Source: Balanoglossus misakiensis (Eukaryota; Animalia; Hemichordata). From it: a stretch of 64,000 nt of DNA. The stretch is from the NCBI GenBank assembly GCA_040954595.2, contig CM082584.2, positions 916,281-980,280 on the forward strand. Direction: 5' to 3'. The number at the start of each line of letters is the position of its first letter. Position 1 is the first letter of the stretch. The position numbers and the translations under genes were made by a program. The notes under the pieces were generated by a model. The model saw nothing but the letters and a program-made list of their open reading frames with translations. It searched no databases and was not told the DNA's origin. Of this stretch, positions 13,322 to 24,377 are shown in pieces.

Positions 13322-14747
13322 TGTTCCTGATGCTCCGTGAGAACTGTCAAGTAGCCACGGTTCTAGGCGACATAGGATGGATGTCCACGGTACGGGAGGA
13401 GACCATGCATGTATACGGGAAGGAAAAGACCGAAGCCAACCTGCCCGTACCATCCGACGCAGCCATAAAAACCTGCACACTACCTCGGGAGTTCAATCCA
13501 GGCCGCGTACGTGGGGGATTCGTTGGCCATATCTCCCCGCAAGAGCCCACAAGAACCACCACCGCAGCTGACGACCTGGAGGAAACTTTGAGCATCTTCC
13601 GGGATCCGCAGCTGGAAAAACAGGTACTCGGTGGCGACAAGGACCAGGCGATGGAGGTGTCGGAAGGGCCAGACCCACCCCGCACCCGTGTATCACCCCC
13701 AATAGCAGTAGCGAGAGACGGGGGAAACCAACGGCTGCTGCAGGAGCCATCACCCCCACGCCAAGAAATGCTGCCGCTGCAGTCACTGATCAACCCATTG
13801 GAGCTGGAGGCGACGTTGGAGGCGGGGGAATATCTAATCCCCTGGGAACTTCGACGCCACCCCGGCAGCCCTACTAGGTCCAGATCCCCAACCCGTTCGC
13901 CGCGACCGGAGCGTTCTCGAGAGGAAAGGCGGGACCGCCCACCTTCCCGTTAACGACCATCCTTTTCACGCTGGGGAGATCTCAGCCCCAGACGTCGATC
14001 ACCGTTCCGGTTTCCGACGCCGGAACCGCCCAAAGAAGACGAACGCCGCTGGAGGAGCGCCAGGCCGGCCCGAAGGAGCCCCCTATCCTCTGTTCCACAT
14101 TACTCATCAGGCCCTTCTCCATGTCCGTTCCCGGGAGGCCGGAGGTCCACGCGCAAACTGAAGAAACACGCCTTTCAGTGCCACCTTCCAGTTATTTTTA
14201 CTGAGAAGCCGGTAGTATTCCGCGAGCGGGACGCGGTGGAGGCGTTAGAGAAACTCACCTATACTGGCTGTGTGGTCCAGGAAATGAAATACCCGACCTG
14301 CTAGACTTCTATATCCGCAGGGGCGGACCTGGACGGATCCCTACGGAATCCTTTTGTTCACCGGAGTCCATGGTGATGATGAAGCGCCTGTGCGTCTTCC
14401 GGGGGTGGGAGGTGCCGAACAGGTTCCGACTGAGCTCCCCCACCACACCAGCGATTCTCATCCACTGGCGTGTCCTTAGCATACTGCTGAGGTGGGTATC
14501 CCAATCACGACAGGAAGAATTCCGGGAAATCCGACCTCACCGGAAAACATCATCAATCCGGACACAGCAACCAGAGAGGACGGGGGCGGAAGCAGTCGCA
14601 CAGAATCCATCGCCGCAGGGGGAGCGAGGACGCGCCAGGGGTTTTTGATGCATTTTTTATCCCCCAAGCGTGCGCGGAGGAGTGCCGAGTGGAAGACGCG
14701 CCCACCACCATAGATGACCTCACTGACTACGATGTTGGTGTCCCCCC
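13322..14747 (+). pseudogene. GC-rich decayed coding fragment: Pro/Arg/Ser-rich region, degenerate C2H2-like finger, GW..P..F....P..PA.LIHWRVL block; probable retroelement accessory ORF
   Basis: Abrupt GC rise; frame continues past TAA 13951 to CPFPGGRRSTRKLKKHAFQCHLP; ORF 14370-14648 has GWEVPNRFRLSSPTTPAILIHWRVLSILL. Confidence 0.55.
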
Positions 14748-14951
14748 TGTTATGTTTCCATCAACATGGGAATAATAATGCGATCATAAGGTATAACAAC
14801 AACCTATTTATTGATCGGCTGAAAAGACTCAACAATGTGCTTCGCCTTATCTGGGCGGAAGTGACGTCGTACAGCAATTCATAAACAAGTGGAACACCAA
14901 CAATGCAACACTAGAGGGCGCTATATTGATCGTAGCTGTCAGAATACTACA
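14748..14951 (-). repeat. 3' LTR (204 bp); polypurine tract adjacent at 14952-14964
   Basis: TGTTATG...TACTACA identical to 19423-19626; followed by TCCCCTCTTCTTT (purine run on minus strand). Confidence 0.97.
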
Positions 14952-15170
14952 TCCCCTCTTCTTTAAGATAAATTGTTTCAAAACTTTTTTTGAATACGAA
15001 TGTCACTGTGAATTGTCCTGTGCAAACTCTGCATTCATCTTGAATCAGTCTTTGTCAAAATCAAACGCAACGAACATGAAAAATACTCTGGGAAAAATGT
15101 GATAAATTTTCCTCTGTATAACTCAACTTTCTGTGGAACAAATGGCGTATCTCAATATCAGAAAAAGCTA

Positions 15171-16457
15171 TCAATCAGTCACATAATCTTTGTATCGAGA
15201 CGGCTTTTGTATATTTGTTCTGGTTCGTGTTGATCTCAACGATTCTTGGGCTGGTGATGCTGGCGTTGCGGGTTGTTGAGGCGGTGTTCCCTCTGTGACT
15301 GCTGGTGCAATATTGTGTTGATCCATCCCTGTCTGTGCTGGTTTCAGTTCTGCGCTGACTGGTTTCAGGTGGATCCTGTTGCGTCGCATTTGTTTCCCGT
15401 TGTCTAACTTCACGGTGTAGGACCTAGGTGTGTTTGCTGGGGCTACAACTCTCGCTGGACTCCATGTTTTGCTGATTGGGTTTTGTACATGGACTTGTTG
15501 ACCTGTCAGCAATTATGGTAGTTGTCTGGAGTGCTGGTCGTGGCTGGAAGTCTGGGCCTGCTGTTGAGATGTCAGGTATTGACGAACTTCCTCCCCGTTT
15601 CTTGCTGGGTGAATTTTGGCTGGGAGAGTTGTCTTGTATGCTCTGCTGTTCAGCAACTCAGCTGGTGATGGTATGTTGGACTTCAATGGAGTCGCGCGAA
15701 GTGCCAACAATGCTAGATTCGGATCATCTCCGGACTCTTTGCACTTCATCAGGATGTTCTTCACGGTCTGTACATGTCGCTCGATAAAACCGTGCCCTTT
15801 GGGATAGTATGGTGATGATGTGACTATCGCAAAACCATACTTCTCAGTTAGGCTGTGGAAGTCTCTAGCTGTAAACTGAGATCCGTTGTCACAAACTAGT
15901 TTCTCGGGTATTCCTTGCTCTGCAAATAGAATTCGGAGGGCTCTCATAATGGTACTGGCTCTGAGGTCTTCAAGTTTCCTAATGAAGGGGAACTTGGAGT
16001 AGTAGTCAGCAACTATCATGTACCATGTTTGGTTCACGTAGAATAGGTCTGCTCCAATTGTGTGCCACGGTCGTGGTGGAATTTCCATTGGAATCATCGG
16101 TTCCTTCTGCTGGGAATTCTGGAATTTCTGGCACGCGTTGCATCCTGTTACTAGTCTCTCTATATCTTTACAAATTCCAGGCCAGTACACGCTGGATCTG
16201 GCTCTCAGCTTGCATTTCTCGATCCCCAGGTGACTGCTATGAATGCGTTGTAGCATTTCATCTCTCATTACTGCTGGTATGAGGAGTCGGCTGCCTATCA
16301 GGATAATACCATCTTCGATAGCGATATCGTCTCGAATAGACCAGTAGGGTCGAATATCAGCGTGAATGTCCTTGATGCTATCTGGCCATCCTTTCAGGAC
16401 TTGCTGGATCAATAATTGAAGAATTTCATCTTTGGTAGTTTCTTCTTTGATCTCCAT
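15171..16457 (-). CDS. Integrase region of pol (HHCC zinc finger, DDE core), with an in-frame stop at 15513
   Basis: IHSSHLGIEKCK..CNAC, IGADLF, VCDNGSQF, GFIERHVQTVK; tail has PRSYTV and RRNRIHLK. Confidence 0.93.
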
Positions 16458-18621
16458 GTCTCATTGGTGTGATCTTCACCAGGTGGTGTATCTGGACTTT
16501 CATGTCACTGATTTCGTTCTGATCTTGTGGTGACAGTCTAGATAGTGCGTCGGCAAGTATCATCTGTTTGCCTGGCTTGTAGTGTATGGTGAAATCATAC
16601 GGCTGTATGCGCAACAGCATTCTCTGTAATCGGGGTGGTGCCTTGGTCAAATTCTTCCTCTGAATTTGTTCCAACGGTCGATGATCACTCTCTACTATGA
16701 AACTTCTGCCGTAGAGATATGTGCGAAACTTCTCACATCCGTAGACTACCGCGAGTAGTTCTCTTTCTATATTGGCGTATCGGGTTTCCGCTGGTGTCAG
16801 GGCCTTGGACGCAAATGCTATAGGTCTCTGTTCCTGTATGAGCACCGCTCCGATTCCCTTTCCCGATGCGTCGACTTGTAGAGTGACAGGCTTCTTACGG
16901 TCGTAGTAAGCAAGTGTAGTCTTTGTGCTGATCAGGTCCTTGATCATATTGAAAGACTTTGTGTGTGTCGGAGACCACTCAAACTCAGTGTCGTCTCTGA
17001 TGAGCTCTCTCAGTGGTGCTGTGTGTTCAGCTAATCTGGGTATGAATGAACCCATGTAGTTCACCATTCCGAGGAATGTGCGCAGTTCGGTCTTGTCTCT
17101 AGGCGGATGCATCATCTCTATCGCCTTGACCTTTTCTGGGTTGGGTTTAACTCCGTCTTCTGTGTATAACATGCCAAAGAAACTACATTCTTTTGTCTTG
17201 ATGTAGCATTTCTCTTTGTTCAGTTTAATGCCTGCTTTCCTGGTTCGTTCCATGGCTTCGTGTAGATGCAGGTCATGGTGTCGCTCTCCTGATCCTAAGA
17301 CTTGTATATCGTCTGCAATGCCGACTGCACCTTCACACTCTCTGTATGTTTCATCAATTTTGAATTGAAACACATCTTGGCTCATCCTTAGCCCAAATGG
17401 CATTCGTAGGAATCTGTAACGGCCATATGGTGTGTTAAAGGTCGTCAGGAAGGATGATTCTTCATCGATCTTTACATTCCAGTATCCGTTCCGCGCGTCT
17501 AGCTTGCTGAAAAGTGTTGCGCCTGCCAACTTTGGGGTAATCTCCTCCAATGTGGGTGTAGGGTAATGATCCCTTTTAATGGCTTTGTTCAAGTCCTTCG
17601 GGTCCAGACAAATGCGAAGTCTTCCATTGTCTTTCTCCCGGACAACAAGAGAATTGACCCAGTTCGTAGGCTGGTTCACTTTGGCGATGATTTGCTTATC
17701 TTCCATCTCCTGCAGCTCGGTTTTGAGTCTATCCATTAGTTCTAATGGAACTCTGCGGGCAGGGTGTACTACTGGTTGTACTTCTGGATCAAGAGTGATG
17801 TGGTATGTGTAGTTTTCAAAACATCCGACCACGTCGTCAGAGCAATCAGGGTACATCCTCAGCAACTGTTCTTTGTTCTTTATGGGAGGGCGGTCCCTGA
17901 TGGGTGTATTACTGTCTATGTAGTCATCTGCAGGGTTTCTGTTTCTTCCTGCTGGCTTCTGTTCGTTCATCTTTCTCTTTTCCACTTCCACATTTCTTCC
18001 AGGCTGTGCTGTCTTGCACTCTGGGCTCGCCTGCACTTGTATGGCTTCTACTGAACAGTTTATTTGTATCAGGTTTAAGGCTCTGCTTGCCTTTAACCCT
18101 AAAATGGCTAGGCCTGCGGCGTCAGTTACATAGAAGAGGCATCTGATTTTCCTCTCTCTATGTTCACATGGAATGACGATGGTGCCAAGCTGTTTGATTT
18201 TGGAACCTCCATATGCGGTAAGGATTGTTTTATTTTCCTTCAAGTGCCCGCGTTTTGGATTTCCGTGTTTATCCAGTTTCTCTGGAAATATGATCTTGAA
18301 AAGGCAGAGGGGCAGTATATTGCTCTGTGCACCGGTATCAATCTTGCATCTCAGTGCTACTTTCCTTTTCTTTTCGCTCTGTGTGATTGTCAGTTTCGTG
18401 TATATTTCTTCTTGTCTGTTGATGTTGTCCAATGCATTTATTTCGATAGTTCCAACATCTAGGACTTCATCATCTATTTGATGCATGTTGCTGCTCGAGC
18501 GTGTCACATTATGGATTGGTTTTCCACCTCGTCTCTGACTTCGGTTCGCTTGAGCTGGTTTTGGAACGGCATACCGCCTGCCAGTGATTAGGTTTCCCAC
18601 AATTTCGGCATTTCGAGCCAT
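16426..18621 (-). CDS. pol: aspartic protease, reverse transcriptase, RNase H
   Basis: KIDTGAQSNIL, LRICLDPKDLN, RMPFGL, IADD, LQVDASG, YANIERELLAVV, SDHRPL, ADALSR. Confidence 0.96.
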   Translation of the reverse strand: MARNAEIVGNLITGRRYAVPKPAQANRSQRRGGKPIHNVTRSSSNMHQIDDEVLDVGTIEINALDNINRQEEIYTKLTITQSEKKRKVALRCKIDTGAQSNILPLCLFKIIFPEKLDKHGNPKRGHLKENKTILTAYGGSKIKQLGTIVIPCEHRERKIRCLFYVTDAAGLAILGLKASRALNLIQINCSVEAIQVQASPECKTAQPGRNVEVEKRKMNEQKPAGRNRNPADDYIDSNTPIRDRPPIKNKEQLLRMYPDCSDDVVGCFENYTYHITLDPEVQPVVHPARRVPLELMDRLKTELQEMEDKQIIAKVNQPTNWVNSLVVREKDNGRLRICLDPKDLNKAIKRDHYPTPTLEEITPKLAGATLFSKLDARNGYWNVKIDEESSFLTTFNTPYGRYRFLRMPFGLRMSQDVFQFKIDETYRECEGAVGIADDIQVLGSGERHHDLHLHEAMERTRKAGIKLNKEKCYIKTKECSFFGMLYTEDGVKPNPEKVKAIEMMHPPRDKTELRTFLGMVNYMGSFIPRLAEHTAPLRELIRDDTEFEWSPTHTKSFNMIKDLISTKTTLAYYDRKKPVTLQVDASGKGIGAVLIQEQRPIAFASKALTPAETRYANIERELLAVVYGCEKFRTYLYGRSFIVESDHRPLEQIQRKNLTKAPPRLQRMLLRIQPYDFTIHYKPGKQMILADALSRLSPQDQNEISDMKVQIHHLVKITPMRHGDQRRNYQR

Positions 18622-19312
18622 ATGCTGGGCAGTTACTTTTCACTGAGGTGTCATGCTTTTTTCCGAAATGCTTACATTGTTTGGGGTGTGTCTTGTTGGG
18701 CTGCCTTTTTACTGTGTTGACAGCTTTGCTATCCACAGGATTAGCAATATGGCAATTTGTGAGCGTTTTCATGTGTTTTGTTGTGGCTTCGTGACCTCTA
18801 GCTATATCGAGCGCCTCCTTCAAGGTCAGTTTCTCATCACGCCCAATAAGTTTCTTCTGTATTTCTTGGTGACAGATCCCCCATATCAACTGATCTACGA
18901 GTCTTGCTTCCTGTTCTTTTGTATCCCCAAATTTGCATTTGGCGGCTTCATTTTTCAATTTCGAAAAGAAATCATCAACTGGTTCTCCAGGGTCTTGTCT
19001 CATATCTTGGAATTGGTATCTATGTATGCGATGATTCGACTTCGGCTCTAAGTGTTCGGAAAATTTGTCGAATAGTACTGTGGGGTCTTTCCGCTGGTCT
19101 TCATTTTCAAACGACCAACTGTTGTATTTGTCAAGACCTGGTTCACCGGACCATAGAAGTATGTAGCTAGCTTTCTCTTCATTAGCATCTTTAAGTGCTG
19201 TCTTAAATGTTAACTCACATTTTTGACGAAAACGACTGAAGGCTATTGCTAGATCTGGCGCGTCCCATTCCATCTTTGGGGCTGTGAAGGGCGTTTGTAG
19301 TGCGGCCGCCAT
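18509..19312 (-). CDS. gag with zinc knuckles
   Basis: Major-homology-like QDPGEPVDDFFSKLK..AKCKF; CRNCGKPNHWQAVC knuckle; first knuckle CKHFGKKH..C lacks its second Cys. Confidence 0.92.
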   Translation of the reverse strand: MAAALQTPFTAPKMEWDAPDLAIAFSRFRQKCELTFKTALKDANEEKASYILLWSGEPGLDKYNSWSFENEDQRKDPTVLFDKFSEHLEPKSNHRIHRYQFQDMRQDPGEPVDDFFSKLKNEAAKCKFGDTKEQEARLVDQLIWGICHQEIQKKLIGRDEKLTLKEALDIARGHEATTKHMKTLTNCHIANPVDSKAVNTVKRQPNKTHPKQCKHFGKKHDTSVKSNCPAYGSKCRNCGKPNHWQAVCRSKTSSSEPKSETRWKTNP

Positions 19313-19408
19313 CTTGTCAGGTCAGTTCGATGGTCTTTTCTTCTGTAGTTTTGGTGTCTTGTGTAGTCGATACTGTGTAAAGTCTGCTTACATCTGATCA
19401 CTCACGTT

Positions 19409-19422
19409 CACCGCTGCCACCA
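19409..19422 (-). promoter_or_regulatory. Primer-binding site complementary to tRNA-Leu 3' end
   Basis: Minus strand TGGTGGCAGCGGTG abuts the 5' LTR; complementary to CACCGCTGCCA-CCA of metazoan tRNA-Leu(AAG/TAG). Confidence 0.9.
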
Positions 19423-19626
19423 TGTTATGTTTCCATCAACATGGGAATAATAATGCGATCATAAGGTATAACAACAACCTATTTATTGATCGGCTGAAAA
19501 GACTCAACAATGTGCTTCGCCTTATCTGGGCGGAAGTGACGTCGTACAGCAATTCATAAACAAGTGGAACACCAACAATGCAACACTAGAGGGCGCTATA
19601 TTGATCGTAGCTGTCAGAATACTACA
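19423..19626 (-). repeat. 5' LTR (204 bp)
   Basis: No differences seen from 14748-14951. Confidence 0.97.
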
Positions 19627-20509
19627 CCCCCCCCCCCCGCATGTTTAAAGGTTTCTATAGAAAAGCATTGTTGAGGTTCACAAAACTTTGAAGAAGCTTT
19701 GCAACACTAACTTTGGCCAAAGATTTGAATGTTAAGGTTTCACAAACGGAGTTACAGCTGAGGTTCAACTAAGACTAGTATAAGAGGCTTCAGCACGCCA
19801 AGTCTTGTAGCAAGCTTCAACACAAAGCTTTTTGCAACATTGTTCAAAGCGTTGTCAAAGGTACTGCACAACCCTGGTGAAGTAGTGCTATATTTTCAAT
19901 TAAATGGCTTAAACCATTTGTCTCTCCAACCAGAATTGCACCAGAGTTAAATACACACAGCTTGAAATTGTAAAATGTTGCAAAATCAAACGATCACATC
20001 CTTACACCTATTATTAGAACCAGAAGTTGAGTCAAAATTTTCCTACCTAGAAATTTTCTTTCCTATGAAGTTTTTTGCTTATTGGCATTCATATGGGAGC
20101 CTAGACCTATTCCAGCTGAGTTGCCAAAATGGCAATGTTGGACAATTCTTCTAATATGCATGATCAAAAATGGCCGCCAAATACCTTCTCTAAAATAAAA
20201 CTTGGCCCTTTTTTCTCAAAATTATGTGTAATATCTAAAATTTCAGGATTTGCATCCATATTGGTTATGTATTGCAAATATGGCAGTGTTTGGCAACTTT
20301 TCTATTTTGCATATTCAAAAATGGCCGCCAATCACCACTAAAAGTGAAATTTTGCCGTGTTTCCCAAAATGATGCGCAATATCGTATTTTCAGGATTAGC
20401 ACATTCATATGGGTACCTTTAACAATACAACTGTGTTGCAAATTTGGCAGTGTTACCGTACTAATCATGAAGCAAGGAAGTGCAACCTCTGTATCCCAAA
20501 TATATGTCT

Positions 20510-21056
20510 ATCCCCACTGATAGGAGTCACAAAGAGCCAGCCCCTCTGCATCATCCTGTTCCTCAAACTCACGATGGGAATCCTTTTCAGAATTCCGACC
20601 TCAAAACATCCAGGGATTCACCATCATTCACCACACCCTCGTCAGTATCCACCATGTTTAGATCCAATGCCTGAACATGTTGTCTCTTTATCTATGGATT
20701 GCGTTAAAGGCCAGTGGGAGTTTCATCTCCTTTTTTTGCAATTTTGACCATTTTTATCTGGTGCATAATGCTAGAGTACATATCATCCATACAGGATGAT
20801 GCATGTACAGTGATGGGAAATGTATCAATCCACTCCTGCACTAGATTTGCATACAGTGCCATACCTTTTAGGGCTATTTTCTTGACCCTTTTGATAGTCT
20901 GCTGGCCAAAAGTGGCTGGCCAAAGTGGCCAGCAGAGACATTCTTCCAATACCCTTCATAGTGCCAACAGACAAGGCTTGGATATACAACCTGTGTTGCT
21001 TGTAAGGCACACATCTCCAATTGGTACATTGGGCCAATTATACTGTACATGTACAG
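20510..21056 (-). pseudogene. Frameshifted terminal exon with a Cys-rich CXC/CRC-like motif and acidic tail
   Basis: TTTTTTTCCTAG acceptor; switching frames gives CTCT..CTNWRCVCLTSNTGCISKPCL-C, later DTDEGVVNDGESLD and EFEEQDDAEG; its start is duplicated at ~49950-50020. Confidence 0.4.
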
Positions 21057-22430
21057 CTAGGAAAAAAATATACTTCATCATAGTTTCCATGGTCAGCAGC
21101 TTCAATAACTTGTTGCCTTTTCTTACTGAACATTTAGACTTATAAAGAAGTATAACAAGAATAAAGTTGTCCAATTAGTGTTGGCAGGGGGGTGGGGGAT
21201 GTGTTCTCCCATACAAAGGTGTATAGGTATGTAGTCTTTAAGAAAAACTTGGGGTAAATGACCAGAAAATTTGACTTATAATACAAATAGGTCGGGTTTT
21301 GGGCATTTACACGTGTTGATGTTATCGACTGGGGCGACAGACTACCATCCGAAAAAATTTCAAGTACCCCCCCCCCCCCTCGGGTGCCGGCCAGTGGGAT
21401 GGAGGTGATAGAAACTGTTGCAGATACAATAGAGGCCTACAACCTGAAAACCTTCTGGCTTTAACCGAGGACTTGCCATTAAAGATACCTGTAGGCCCCT
21501 ATATGCTGCTCCCACATACACTCCCAGTCCTAAACCTTGCATCTGATTTGTGGTGCAGATGAATAATTAAGATTGGCTTGACAATTAGCACACTTAATTG
21601 CCTGTTATGAGATATAATACATACAATCATGGGACAAGAATGGCAAAAGTTAAATTATCCAGCAGGTGTTTGAATTATGCAAATTAGAGCAGTTGTCTAA
21701 TATTGCCATGTCAACCATGTTGAAATTGTTTTAGGTACCCATATTAATGGAAACCCTGCAAATTCGATATTACACACCATTTAAAACAAATATGGGAAAT
21801 TAACATGTTAGAGAAATTTGGCGGCCATTTTGGATTATGCAAATTAGAACAGTTGTCTAATATTGCCATGTCAACCATGTTGAAATTGTTTTAGGTACCC
21901 AGGAGAGTTGAATGAAAATGCCATTTGCAATGCAGTTGTCTTGTATTGGGTGCCCATATTAAGGCATTCTTGAAAACGAAACATTATTCATCATTTTGAC
22001 GCAAACAGAAAAGGTGTTCAAATGTAAATTAGAAGAGTTGCCCAACCCTGCCATATTTGCAATACAGTTGTAGTGACTGTCAACTCGACTACAGACAGTC
22101 TCGATGAACACAAGACATGATCCCAATTTGCAAGCTGAGTTGAAACTGACTGCTGCAGTAACTTAGCTGTGGGAATGTCTTGTGTGATTTAAAACAATGA
22201 TGACCAAATTTAACACAGTTTCTCTGAGGTAACCATTTAGCTTTCAGGACTAAGTTTGTTTAAGAATCCTTTATTCTACCCAAGGAACAAATTTCCTTAG
22301 AATTTCACAACTGAGACACAGTTTACAGATATACAAAAAGTGCGTACTACAAACATAAGAAATTGTTTGCATTTTTTTTTTCTGATGGCAATGCATTTGA
22401 CTGTAAACAGACATTGACGTCCTTTAGTAA

Positions 22431-23252
22431 GGGACTGTTCAGTTTTGGTGGAGGGGGGGGCAAAAGTTTGTGTCATTGGTTTTCAAAATCAGGCCGACAC
22501 CCCCTTCAACCAGGACCAAAAAAATGATGACCCCCCCCCCCTTTGACAGGACCAAAATATGATGACCCTCCTCCCACCCCGAAAACATTTGCCATCCTTA
22601 TCTTATGTACACTGACTGTATGCAATAAAGGTAAAGGGTCTCCTCACACCTCAATTCTAAATTTCTTAAAGAAATTTATAATTTGAAGTGTATAATTATA
22701 TAGCGTTGCAATAAAGAAGGTCTATGGATAAATTAAAAGGACACGTCAATACAATAGTTGGTAGAATTGGTAAAACAAGAAAAGTGGAAGGGGTGGGTGT
22801 ACGTAGGACAATTTTGTAAAATACAATTAATGCATTTTAATGAACTCAAAGGCAAATTAACTTAATGTTGGGGAGGACAAATTTCACTTTTGCCACTCAA
22901 AGTTAACATCAGTGGGGGTGGGATGCCAAGTATTCTGCCCTGGTACACTATATGTGGCGAAGAAATAAGGGGATGGGTGTGGGAGGGGATGTCCCCCTTC
23001 CACATAAGAAAACTTTGTAAAATATGTAGCTCAAAGTTGCATTTTAATGAAGTCAAAAGCAAATTATCTCAATGTTTGAAAGGACCAATTTTACTGTTGC
23101 TACTCCACTCAAAGTTAGCATCGGTGGGTACATGTATATGACCTCCCCCCTAAACGTTTGAAAAAAAGATGACTCCCTCTTTTGGATTTCAAAATTTAAG
23201 TGACCCCCTGGATTTTGCCAGCCTCCCCCCACCGTAAAAACTGAATGGTCCC
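22431..23252. mobile_element. PIF/Harbinger-type (Tourist-like) MITE, TAA TSD, left arm only
   Basis: TAA|GGGACTGTTCAGTTTT ... AAAACTGAATGGTCCC|TAA; empty site in the other copies of repeat A (e.g. ~39361, ~48145). Confidence 0.88.
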
Positions 23253-24377
23253 TAAGCGCTATTTTGTCAGTGAAATGGCTCCAATGTTATCCCTCCAACT
23301 ATAGTTGAAACGGAGTTAAATATGTACAGCTTGAAATCATAAAATGTTGCAAAATTGAACCAAGAGTTTGGTCAATGATCAAGTTCTTACAGCTATTACT
23401 AGAACCATACAGTCTCACCGAACAAGAGACATTGGTCCGATTTGCAAGCCGAGTTGGAACTGACTTTGCCTGCACACAGATGTGCCAATTTCAGCGAATC
23501 TTATCGTATTTAAAAATGAATATGGAGAATTGTTATCTGTGTTCCTATTGCTAGCCTACATACATGTAGCTGTTGTCATTCTAGTGTTTTTTTCTGTATA
23601 CCAAAATTGCCACACTGTTTGGGATACTTTTATCAAATGTTATGTGATACTATATCAGCCTGTTTTGGGGATCTTGACAATGACATATATTAGACTTTTC
23701 ATACACAGCATGAGGTAGAATTTCAGAAACGATTAGGTAATAAGACTGCATATCTCATAGGAAATAATCACTTTAGAAGTATTACGATAAAAAAAATCAT
23801 TTCACTCTTATTGGGAGCATACATTTGTAAAACATACATACAGACATGAATACAGACATAGAGAGATCAAGGTGTATACGATTTTCAGTGGGGGAGGGGG
23901 TCCTCCTTAATTGCAAACAACTATGTAATGGTAATTTCCCTTTTATAATAACAATTTTTGAGGTATAAGGAAAAAATATCAAACAAAATAAACAAAAAAA
24001 CTAATTCAGCTATGATTTGATTCAATTATCATTCTAAAGAAGCACATATCATTAACTCACAACTAAACTTTTAAAGTGATCAACCATGCACTTTCTGAGA
24101 ATTTTTTTATGCCCCCAAAATACAATTTTTTCATTTTCAGAACATTTATGATATATCACAGTAAAAAAATCCCCTGGAAACTGCAAAACAAAAAACTGCA
24201 AAGCAATCAAACAAAAATGGCAAAAATTGTCCACAAAAACTATATTGACACTTCCATCATAGGATTTGTTAAAATGTCGTGATAACACACCTAGGAACCT
24301 GCAAACCAAATTTCAAAGAACTGTGAGTAGAGGTTTTTGAGTATTTGACCAAAATCACCCCAAAAATATACTTCAAA

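Larger units (their letters stand above)
14748..19626 (-). mobile_element. Full-length Ty3/Gypsy LTR retrotransposon (Mag-like), 4879 bp
   Basis: Two identical TG..CA LTRs, PBS, PPT, gag-PR-RT-RNaseH-IN order; inserted in a C-run (CCCCC on both sides). Confidence 0.98.

Noticed and set aside
13072-13953. 293-aa ORF as a single gene
   Set aside because: Chimera of intron, OB exon 3 and an unrelated GC-rich fragment joined at ~13321.
15476-19170. Plus-strand ORFs within the Gypsy element
   Set aside because: Antisense shadows of gag-pol with no recognisable motifs.
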